Positions 1-7,571 of a stretch of DNA of 64,000 nt are shown piece after piece (within the stretch, counting starts at the first letter, position 1; each line of letters begins with the position of its first letter). The DNA comes from an uncultured Caldimonas sp. (GTDB lineage: Bacteria; Pseudomonadota; Gammaproteobacteria; Burkholderiales; Burkholderiaceae_C): NCBI GenBank assembly GCA_964552215.1, contig CAZKGD010000006.1, positions 5,871 to 69,870 of the forward strand, written 5' to 3'. The notes under the pieces were generated by a model, which was not told the origin of the DNA, did no database searches, and worked only from the letters and a program-made list of their open reading frames with translations. A program made the translations under genes and the position numbers.

Positions 1-2421
1 CGATCGGCCATCACCGAGGATGACGGTGGGAACATCATCGATGCCGGAGCGGGTGACGACTTCGTGGCCGCGGGGCATGGAGCCGATGTGGTCTGGGGTG
101 GTGAAGGCCACGACGACCTCTATGGCATGGGGGGTGCCGACGTGCTGTATGGCGGTGAAGGCGACGACCGCCTCTATGGCGACGGCCCCGCCGCCGGCCC
201 CGCATCCGCCACTGGCATGGTGACCACCCCCGGCGCGCGGCACGGCAACGACATCCTCGATGGTGGGGCCGGCAACGACATCCTGATTGGGCAGGGAGGG
301 TCAGACATCATCTTCGGTGGGGACGGCGACGACCGGATCTGGGGCGACGATCGCGTGCTGGAAGACACGCCGCTGGAGTTCCATGGCAACGACACCCTGT
401 ATGGTGGTGCGGGCCATGACCTGATCGTGGGTGGGTTGGGCGATGACCGGCTGGAGGGAGGCAGCGGCGACGACGAATTGCAGGGCGACTACAGCGGGCG
501 CGAAGTGAACGGGGCGCTCCATGGCAATGACACCCTGGACGGCGGCGATGGCAACGACCGCATGTGGGGCCACGGTGGAGACGACCGGCTGCTCGGCGGC
601 GATGGCAACGACTTCATGCGCGGCGATGAAGACGGCGCCTCACTGGCAGGCCAGTTCCACGGGAACGATTACCTGGAGGGCGGCGCGGGCAACGACACGA
701 TGTCCGGCGATGGTGGGGACGATGAGTTGTACGGGGGCGATGGCGATGATGAAATCTCGGGAGATGGGATCGACCTGGATGAGGCCTTCCACGGAAACGA
801 CCGGCTCTACGGCGGGCGAGGGTACGACTGGCTTTACGGCGATGGTGGTGATGACTACCTGGATGGTGGAGAGGATGACGATCGCTTGTACGGCGGAGAG
901 GGCCATGACGTCTACGTTGGCGGAACCGGCAACGACTACCTCATTGACGAAAGCGCCACCTCCAACGACATCTATCGCTTCGCCCGTGGCGATGGCTACG
1001 ACTACATTGTCGACCACGGGGGCACCGACCGCATCGAGTTGGGTGCCGGCATTTCCGAGAGCGACGTGACGCTGTACACCCACGGCTCGAACATTGTTCT
1101 TTACCTGGATTCGGGAGAGCAGCTTACGGTTGCCGGCGTGCGCGACACGGGTTCAGGTGCGATGGTTGCAGGGCGAAGTATCGAAACGATCTCCTTCGCC
1201 AATGGTGTGGTGTGGGACCAGCAGCGCATTCGTAGCGAACTTCTCAAGACGACGGATGGACAAGACTGGGTCGTCGGGTTTGACACGGACGACTGGATCG
1301 ACGGTGGTACTGGCGACGATCGTCTGCTCGGGATGCATGGCAATGACACGCTGATCGGGGGTGCAGGCAGAGACCAGCTCTTTGGCGACAGCGGCGATGA
1401 CGTCCTTCTTGGAGGCTTGGGGGATGACTGGCTGGATGGCGGGGAAGGAAACGACTGGATCGACGGTGGTGAAGGCAACGATGCGCTGTACGGTGGCAAC
1501 GGCAGCGACACCTACGTCGGCGGTGCGGGCAACGACAGTCTGTACGACTACAGTGCCCTGTCCAGCGACGTGTATCGGTTTGGGCGTGGCGACGGTCACG
1601 ACATGATTCAAGACTGGGGAGGCACGGACCGTGTCGTGCTGGAGGGCAATATCTCCCAGGACGATGTCATGCTTCGAAACGATGGTCAGTCTCTCCTGAT
1701 CCGGCTGAACTCTGGGGAATCGATCGCTGTCTTGGGCATGTTCCAGAGCATGGGCTCTGTCAACGCCGGCCGTGCCGTGGAGTTCATCGAGTTCGCGGAC
1801 GGTTCTGTCTGGGATATCGCACGCATGAGAGCGGAGACGTTGCGAACCACAGCCGGGGCGGACACCGTTTACGGGACTGAGCGTGATGACACCATTGACG
1901 GTGGCGGTGGCGATGACAAGCTGTACGGCTGCGACGGGAACGACACCCTCATCGGCGGCGCTGGTAACGACTCCCTTTTCGGACACTCTGGCGACGACAT
2001 CTACATCGGTGGCGCCGGCAACGAAACCCTGCACGACTACAGCTCCACCTCCAACGACGTCTACCGCTTCGGCCGCGGCGACGGCCAGGACTCCCTCCTT
2101 GACTGCGGCGGCTCAGCCGACCGCATCGAATGGGGCAGCGACATTGCCGCCGACCAGCTCTGGTTCCAGCGCAGTGGCAGCTCGCTGGTGGTGTCGGTGA
2201 TCGGCACCACCGACCGCATCACCGTGAACAGCTGGTACAGCAGCGACGCCTACAAGATCGAGACGCTGCAACTGGCCAACGGCCAGACGCTGGCTTCGAC
2301 CCAGGTGCAGGCGCTGGTGGACGCGATGGCTTCGTTTGCACCGCCGGCCGCAGGGCAAACCACGCTGCCGCCGAACTACCAGAGCTCGCTGGGCGGGGTG
2401 ATCGCTTCCAGCTGGAACTGA
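1..2421 (+). CDS. RTX (Ca-binding nonapeptide repeat) secreted protein, C-terminal part; 5' end lies outside the window
   Basis: Frame is open from base 1 (RSAITEDDGGNIIDAGAGDD...). Dozens of GGxGxDxLx repeats and three haemolysin-type DxYRFxRGDGxDxI modules. C-terminus LVDAMASFAPPAAGQTTLP...IASSWN is typical of T1SS-secreted RTX proteins. Confidence 0.93.
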   Translation, partial: RSAITEDDGGNIIDAGAGDDFVAAGHGADVVWGGEGHDDLYGMGGADVLYGGEGDDRLYGDGPAAGPASATGMVTTPGARHGNDILDGGAGNDILIGQGGSDIIFGGDGDDRIWGDDRVLEDTPLEFHGNDTLYGGAGHDLIVGGLGDDRLEGGSGDDELQGDYSGREVNGALHGNDTLDGGDGNDRMWGHGGDDRLLGGDGNDFMRGDEDGASLAGQFHGNDYLEGGAGNDTMSGDGGDDELYGGDGDDEISGDGIDLDEAFHGNDRLYGGRGYDWLYGDGGDDYLDGGEDDDRLYGGEGHDVYVGGTGNDYLIDESATSNDIYRFARGDGYDYIVDHGGTDRIELGAGISESDVTLYTHGSNIVLYLDSGEQLTVAGVRDTGSGAMVAGRSIETISFANGVVWDQQRIRSELLKTTDGQDWVVGFDTDDWIDGGTGDDRLLGMHGNDTLIGGAGRDQLFGDSGDDVLLGGLGDDWLDGGEGNDWIDGGEGNDALYGGNGSDTYVGGAGNDSLYDYSALSSDVYRFGRGDGHDMIQDWGGTDRVVLEGNISQDDVMLRNDGQSLLIRLNSGESIAVLGMFQSMGSVNAGRAVEFIEFADGSVWDIARMRAETLRTTAGADTVYGTERDDTIDGGGGDDKLYGCDGNDTLIGGAGNDSLFGHSGDDIYIGGAGNETLHDYSSTSNDVYRFGRGDGQDSLLDCGGSADRIEWGSDIAADQLWFQRSGSSLVVSVIGTTDRITVNSWYSSDAYKIETLQLANGQTLASTQVQALVDAMASFAPPAAGQTTLPPNYQSSLGGVIASSWN

Positions 2422-2443
2422 CGCTGCTCCTGAGCCAAGGCCG

Positions 2444-2473
2444 GGCCGGCGCTCTTCGGGGCGCCGGCCTTTT
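2444..2473 (+). terminator. Rho-independent terminator after the RTX gene
   Basis: GGCCGGCGCTC-TTCG-GGGCGCCGGCC stem (one G-U pair) with a UUCG loop, followed by TTTT. Confidence 0.85.
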
Positions 2474-2509
2474 CACTTGCCAGCGCAGCGCCGCTCTCTC
2501 ACCGCACCA

Positions 2510-3061
2510 TCACCCCACCGGCAACGGCTTCTCCCACTGATCGGCCCCACGCGCGCGGGCGATCTGGGTGCTCAGTGCGGTGGCAAAGCTGCGCAGCCAC
2601 TGGGTTTCGGTCGCCGTCCAGGTGCGGGTGTGGCCGGCCTGTTCGCAGCAGATCACGCCGTAGATGTGGCCATTGACGGCAAAACTCACGTCCAGCAGGG
2701 ACTGCACGTCGCGCTCGACGAGGGTGTCACGGAAACCGGCCAGGCGCGGGTCGGCCCAGGCGTCGTCGGAGCGGACGATACGGGTGCGGGAGAGCTCGTC
2801 GAAGTAGTCGCCGAACTGCGACTCGAGCAGGTCGTCGTAGGGGCGCTGATGCCAGCCGTCGGCCTGGCTGTTGGCGGCCACGCAGACCAAACGGCGCTGG
2901 CCCACCGGGCCGGTGAAGTGCCAGATGCTGACTTCGCTGCAGCGGATCTGCTGCAGGACATGGGCCGTGACCGCCTGACGGAAACCGGCCAGGCTGAGGC
3001 GGCCGCTCAGGAGGTCGTCGCGCCAACCCCGCAGCAGGCTGTCAGCAGCGGCGGTCTGCAC
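2510..3061 (-). CDS. Stand-alone GAF-domain protein
   Basis: GTG start with AGGAGG SD upstream. GAF-like motifs DDAWADPRL...SLLDV...GVICCEQ...RTWT. Confidence 0.8.
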   Translation of the reverse strand: MQTAAADSLLRGWRDDLLSGRLSLAGFRQAVTAHVLQQIRCSEVSIWHFTGPVGQRRLVCVAANSQADGWHQRPYDDLLESQFGDYFDELSRTRIVRSDDAWADPRLAGFRDTLVERDVQSLLDVSFAVNGHIYGVICCEQAGHTRTWTATETQWLRSFATALSTQIARARGADQWEKPLPVG

Positions 3062-3193
3062 GGTGATCGTCCTCCTGTTTCCATGGGTTCCAGCACACGT
3101 GTGTCATTTCGGCACAGAAGTGACTCTGCTCAAGTCCGGATCAACCCGCAGTGCAACATCAGGACAGGCAGACAAATCTGTGTGGGTACACAC

Positions 3194-3679
3194 TCATCGA
3201 ATATCGCTGGCCGGCATGTAGAGCACCCGCCCCCCACTGGTGCGCTGCTGGGCCTCGACACGGCGGCAATCGGCCGGCGGGGGCTGCTGGCCGGCGGTCC
3301 GGTCGGGCAGCCACAGGCGGCAGCGGCCGGGCGGCGGGAGCATCCCGGGCGGGATGCCGTTGAGGCCATGGTTGCCGTAGCGCATATAGGCCACCTCGCC
3401 GCTGCGGCGCGCGGCGGCCGTTTCGGCCCAGATCACCACGCCGCCCCAGGTCTCGGCATCGGCATGGGCCTTGTTGCACGACATGGCCGGCGGCTGGTGG
3501 CTCGCCGGCAGGCCCGGGTACCAGATGGCGCATTGCCCCACCGGCGGCACGTTGCCGGGTGGGACACGGAAGCTGGAGACGCCGCGGATGTCGGGCGTGG
3601 CGCAGCCGGCCAGCACGGCGAACAGGGCCAGCGGCGCCAGCCAGCGCGGTGACAAAGGGTGAGTGGGAAACGTCGACAT
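3194..3679 (-). CDS. Lipoprotein with two Pro/Cys-rich PPG-x-PPxGxCxxW repeats, function unknown
   Basis: ATG at 3679 with GGGGAG upstream. Signal peptide with lipobox LAGC. It forms the C-terminal part of the 3194..5362 track ORF. Confidence 0.8.
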   Translation of the reverse strand: MSTFPTHPLSPRWLAPLALFAVLAGCATPDIRGVSSFRVPPGNVPPVGQCAIWYPGLPASHQPPAMSCNKAHADAETWGGVVIWAETAAARRSGEVAYMRYGNHGLNGIPPGMLPPPGRCRLWLPDRTAGQQPPPADCRRVEAQQRTSGGRVLYMPASDIR

Positions 3680-3756
3680 AACTCCCCACTCTAGACGCCC
3701 AGGCGCTCGGTGGCGTAAGCGAATCTTTCGAGTGGGGACTTGTGCGGCCCTCGCCC

Positions 3757-3780
3757 CTCCTGCCACCACGTTGTCAGGAG
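3757..3780. promoter_or_regulatory. Imperfect inverted repeat, candidate operator of the adjacent YafY/WYL regulator
   Basis: CTCCTGCCA-N6-TGTCAGGAG (8 of 9 complementary), located between the divergent lipoprotein and WYL genes. Confidence 0.55.
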
Positions 3781-3874
3781 CCTGGGCGCAGCATGCTCGG
3801 CTTGCGCAGGAGGAGGACAGATGAGGTTCATTTCGCGAGGCACAGGCCGGTTCGCACCGGCGTAGGATCACCCC

Positions 3875-4585
3875 ATGCGACGTGCCGACCGTCTGTTTGA
3901 ACTGGTGCAGCTGATCCGCGGGCGCCGCCTGTCCACGGCGGCGTGGCTGGCGCAGCGGCTGGAGGTGTCCGAGCGCACCATCTACCGCGACGTGGCCGAC
4001 CTGCAGGCCCAGGGTGTGCCCATCGAGGGCGAGGCCGGTGTGGGCTACCGCCTGGGCGCGGGCTTCGACCTGCCCCCGATGATGTTCACCGCCACCGAGG
4101 CGCAGGCCCTGGTGGCCGCCGTGCGCATGGCCCAGGGCTGGATGGGGCCACGCCTGGCGCGAGGTGCCGAAGGCGCCTTGAGCAAGATCCTGGCCGTCCT
4201 GCCGGGCCTGGAGCGGGCGGCTGCCGAAAGCGTGCCGCTGTATGCCCCCGAGGTGGCCATCGACGCCACCACGCGCGCGCACCTCGAATCGGCCCAGCAT
4301 GCCGCCGAGCAGCGCCACAAGCTGCGCCTGCGCTACCGTGACCTGAAGGACCAGGCGAGCGAACGCGTGGTGCGCCCGCTGGCCTGCACCTACTGGGGCC
4401 GGGTGTGGACGCTCACGGCCTGGTGCGAAACGCGCGAGGACTTCCGCTCCTTCCGCATCGACCGGATCGAGCACCTCGACCCCCTGGACGAGCGCTTCCG
4501 CGACGAACCCGGCAAGACCCTGGCCGATCTGATGCGACGCATCGAGGCCGAGATGAGCGAGCGCAGCGCCGCAGTGGACGCCTAG
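3875..4585 (+). CDS. YafY-family wHTH-WYL transcriptional regulator
   Basis: MRRADRLF...LEVSERTIYRD wHTH, LPPMMFT linker, and WYL domain RVVRPL...WTLTAWCETREDFRSFRIDRI. Confidence 0.93.
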   Translation: MRRADRLFELVQLIRGRRLSTAAWLAQRLEVSERTIYRDVADLQAQGVPIEGEAGVGYRLGAGFDLPPMMFTATEAQALVAAVRMAQGWMGPRLARGAEGALSKILAVLPGLERAAAESVPLYAPEVAIDATTRAHLESAQHAAEQRHKLRLRYRDLKDQASERVVRPLACTYWGRVWTLTAWCETREDFRSFRIDRIEHLDPLDERFRDEPGKTLADLMRRIEAEMSERSAAVDA

Positions 4586-5793
4586 AACAGATCGGCCTGC
4601 CGCCGGACGCTGGTGAGTCCGGGCAGCTCGTCGAGGCCGGCCCGCCCGCGGGTGACTTGCTGCCAGAACTGCGAGAAGGAGCGGCAACGCCGCCCCGGCT
4701 CGCCGAAAAGCGAGGGCGCCGCCCTCAGCGACCAAGGCGCGGGGCCCAGATGCGGGTCGGACCAGCCGTCCACACGTCGGGCGCCGGCCAGCGCCCGGGC
4801 AAGGTCGCTGGCATCGGCCCACCACACGGCCTCGCAGGCCGCGCGCAGGCGGTCGCCGACAAAGCGCCAGCGCCGCTCGCTCCAGGGCCAGCGGCCGTGG
4901 AACGAGGCCGGCCACCAGCCCAGGCAAAGGGTGTCGGGCGGCAGGTCGTCTGGCACCGGCCCCAGAGACCAGGGGTGCATGATCCACACCGTGCGGCCTT
5001 GCACCCGCGCGGGGTCCAGGGGATCGAAGAGATCGCCGGGTGGGGTGGTCTGGGAGTCCGGCTCCGCGAGGCCTTCGCCACCGGGCCCGGGCACCGGCGC
5101 CGCCTGGCGAGCCAGCCGGTCCAGGGCCTCGTAACTCGTGTCGATGACGCTGCCGGGGCTGAGCCAGGGCGAGCCGGGCGGCGCGTAACGGGCCACGTTG
5201 TCGGCGTTGAAGAGGTAGGGCTTGTGGCTGCCGGTGCCGGCCACCCATTGCCAGCTCAGGTGGTTGCTGGCGAGGTCGCCGTCGATCAGGTGGGCGAACA
5301 GCCAGTCGGCCCCGGCGCGCCAGTGCACCTTGCGCAGGTGCACCACGTAGGACGCAAGCCACATCCGCACATGGTTGTGCAGCCAGCCGGTGGCGTAGAG
5401 CGTGCGCACCGCCGTGTCGATGACGGGCACGCCGGTGGCGCCCTCGCGGAGGTCACGCGGCAACGTGCGCGCGTAGGCCGCCTCGGGCAGCACCCCGTCA
5501 TGCAGGCTGGCGAAGATGCGTTCGCCATCGTGGTGCCACACATGGTGGAAGTAGGCGCGCCAGCCCAGTTCCTGGACGAACTTGTGGTTCAGGTCGAGCC
5601 GATGGCGTGCGACAACGGCCGCGAGCACCTCGGGCAGGTGCAGGAAGCCGTGCGTGACATAGGGCGACAGCCGGGTCACCGCACCGTCGAGGTGGTTGCG
5701 GCTGCGGGCGTACTCGGCCGGGCGCACGGCCGCCAGGCGCGTGCGGGCGGCCTGCAGCGTGGAGGGCCACGTATCGGGGAGGTCAGCGCTCAT
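4582..5793 (-). CDS. Short photolyase-like protein with N-terminal FAD-binding domain (NewPHL/SPL-like architecture)
   Basis: 403 aa. Starts directly with YARSRNHLDGAVTRLSPYVTHG, then GWLHNHVRMWLAS and LIDGDLASNHLSWQWVAG. ATGA overlap with the upstream photolyase. Confidence 0.85.
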   Translation of the reverse strand: MSADLPDTWPSTLQAARTRLAAVRPAEYARSRNHLDGAVTRLSPYVTHGFLHLPEVLAAVVARHRLDLNHKFVQELGWRAYFHHVWHHDGERIFASLHDGVLPEAAYARTLPRDLREGATGVPVIDTAVRTLYATGWLHNHVRMWLASYVVHLRKVHWRAGADWLFAHLIDGDLASNHLSWQWVAGTGSHKPYLFNADNVARYAPPGSPWLSPGSVIDTSYEALDRLARQAAPVPGPGGEGLAEPDSQTTPPGDLFDPLDPARVQGRTVWIMHPWSLGPVPDDLPPDTLCLGWWPASFHGRWPWSERRWRFVGDRLRAACEAVWWADASDLARALAGARRVDGWSDPHLGPAPWSLRAAPSLFGEPGRRCRSFSQFWQQVTRGRAGLDELPGLTSVRRQADLF

Positions 5794-7352
5794 GAGGTGG
5801 CTTCGTCGGCAAACAGGTCGCGCTGCAGATCGCCCGGTGATGGGGCCCGGCTCGTGCGGGCGCGCTTCGTCGTGGGAGGCAGGCCGCTCTTGCGCGAACC
5901 GTGGCGCGACTGGATGGCATCGGCCTCGACTCGGGCTTCGGGCTGGCGGCGCAGCCCATAGAGGCGGTCTTTCGCCTGGGCCACGGCTTGCGTGGCATCC
6001 ACGATGGGCGCCGGGTAGTCGCGGCCGATCACGCAAGCCGCCGCGCGCTGCACCTCGGGGGGTGCCATCCAGGGCTCGGCCAGGAAGGGCAGCGGCAGGC
6101 GGGCGAGTTCGGGCACCCAGCGGCGGATGAACACGCCCTGCGGATCGTGGTCGCGCGCCTGCTTGGTGGGCGAGTAGATGCGCAGGGTGTTGATGCCGGT
6201 GGTGCCCGACTGCATCTGCATCTGGCTCCAGTGGATGCCGGCCTCGAAGTCGAGGAACTGGCGCGCCAGGTGCAGGCCCGGCTCGCGCCAGTGCAGCCAC
6301 AGGTGGTAGGCTGCAAAGCTCACCAGCATGGCGCGCATGCGGAAGTTCAGCCAGCCCGTGGCCACCAGCGAGCGCATGCAGGCGTCCACCATGGGGTAGC
6401 CGGTCTGGCCTTGGCACCAGGCGTCGAAGCGCGCGCGGTCGAAGCCCGGTTCGCGCAGGCCGTCGCAGGCGCGCGAGAAGTTGCGCCACTCGATCTCGGG
6501 CTCGTCCTCGAGCTTCTGCATGAAGTGGCAGTGCCAGCGCAGGCGGCCGGCAAAACCGCGCAACGCATGCGCAAAGCGCCGCGAGGCGTCGTCGCCCTCG
6601 GCCTGCAGCGCCGCGATGCGCGCCTCGGTGGCCTGGTGCACCCGGCGCATCGACACCATGCCGAAGGCCAGGTGGGCGCTCAGGCGGCTGCACCCAGTGT
6701 CGGCACTGAGCGGGCTGGAGAGCTCGCGCCGGTAGTGCCGGCCCCGGCGTTGCAGGAAATCGTCGAGGGTGGCGAGTGCGGCATCCTCACCGGCCTCGGG
6801 CAGCGGCACGCGGGTGGGCGCAAGGCCCAGGCTTGCCAGCGTGGGCAGCTCGGGCAGGTCCAGCGGGGGGGCGGTGAAGCCTGGCGGCTCGGCGCATGCC
6901 GGCGCGTTCATGCGTGCGGCCCAGCGCGCCGCCCAGCCGGTGCGCGAGCGCAGGCGCCGCACCACGCCGGTCTGCGGCCACTCCTGCCACACGACACCCT
7001 GCGCACGGCACCAGGCGGCCACGGCACGGTCCCGGTCGTAGGTCCAGCCCGGGCCGGTTTCCTCGTGGCTGAACAGACGCGCCACACCCAGACGCCGCCG
7101 CAGGCGCTCCAGCACCTCGGTCATCGCGCCGTGCTCCACCAGCAGCGGCAAACCCCTGGCGGCCAGCCGCGTGCGCAGCCGCGCCAGCCCTTGCAGCACA
7201 AAGTCGACATGGCGAGCGTCGCATTCCGGGCTGGCCAACCACGCGGGCTCGATGACGTAGAGCCCCACCGCCGGCCCGGCCTGTGCGGCGGCCGACAAGG
7301 GCGCGTGGTCGTGCATGCGCAGGTCGCGCTTGAACCAGACGAGGGTGGTCAT
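5790..7352 (-). CDS. Cryptochrome/DNA photolyase family protein, full length
   Basis: MTTLVWFKRDLRMHDH N-terminus, SRLSAHLAFG, GQTGYPMVDACMR, GWLNFRMRAML, DFEAGIHWSQMQMQSG, RWVPEL. Confidence 0.93.
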   Translation of the reverse strand: MTTLVWFKRDLRMHDHAPLSAAAQAGPAVGLYVIEPAWLASPECDARHVDFVLQGLARLRTRLAARGLPLLVEHGAMTEVLERLRRRLGVARLFSHEETGPGWTYDRDRAVAAWCRAQGVVWQEWPQTGVVRRLRSRTGWAARWAARMNAPACAEPPGFTAPPLDLPELPTLASLGLAPTRVPLPEAGEDAALATLDDFLQRRGRHYRRELSSPLSADTGCSRLSAHLAFGMVSMRRVHQATEARIAALQAEGDDASRRFAHALRGFAGRLRWHCHFMQKLEDEPEIEWRNFSRACDGLREPGFDRARFDAWCQGQTGYPMVDACMRSLVATGWLNFRMRAMLVSFAAYHLWLHWREPGLHLARQFLDFEAGIHWSQMQMQSGTTGINTLRIYSPTKQARDHDPQGVFIRRWVPELARLPLPFLAEPWMAPPEVQRAAACVIGRDYPAPIVDATQAVAQAKDRLYGLRRQPEARVEADAIQSRHGSRKSGLPPTTKRARTSRAPSPGDLQRDLFADEATS

Positions 7353-7505
7353 CCCGGCATTGTGGGAACGCAGCGCGGCGAGCCGGGTCGGCCGTGGGCG
7401 ATGCACCCAGACCCTGCGGGGCCAAGCGTCCTAGGACACACCCGGACGCGGGTTTTGCCCGGTGGATGTGCGCTGCGGCGCTCCCTATAGTGCGTCGACC
7501 CTTAT

Positions 7506-7519
7506 CGAACGATCGTTCG
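7506..7519. promoter_or_regulatory. Perfect 14-bp palindrome, candidate TetR-type (FadP-like) operator
   Basis: CGAACGATCGTTCG, just downstream of a TATAGT -10-like hexamer and upstream of the lipase gene. Confidence 0.6.
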
Positions 7520-7571
7520 TTTTCGGACTCCCCAACCGCTCCTGCAACCTCCCTTGCCTGAAAGGCCCTTC

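Noticed and set aside
1..2100. CRISPR array or DGR-like nucleotide repeats
   Set aside because: The repeats are degenerate, in-frame RTX coding repeats. No spacers, cas genes or reverse transcriptase were seen.
3090..3195. CRP/FNR-like site in the AT-richer region upstream of the GAF gene
   Set aside because: The TGTG...CACA elements have the wrong spacing and mismatches, so the site is not supportable.
3875..4585. WYL gene as a marker of an anti-phage defence island
   Set aside because: It is a short YafY-type regulator lacking a long C-terminal extension, and no defence genes are nearby.
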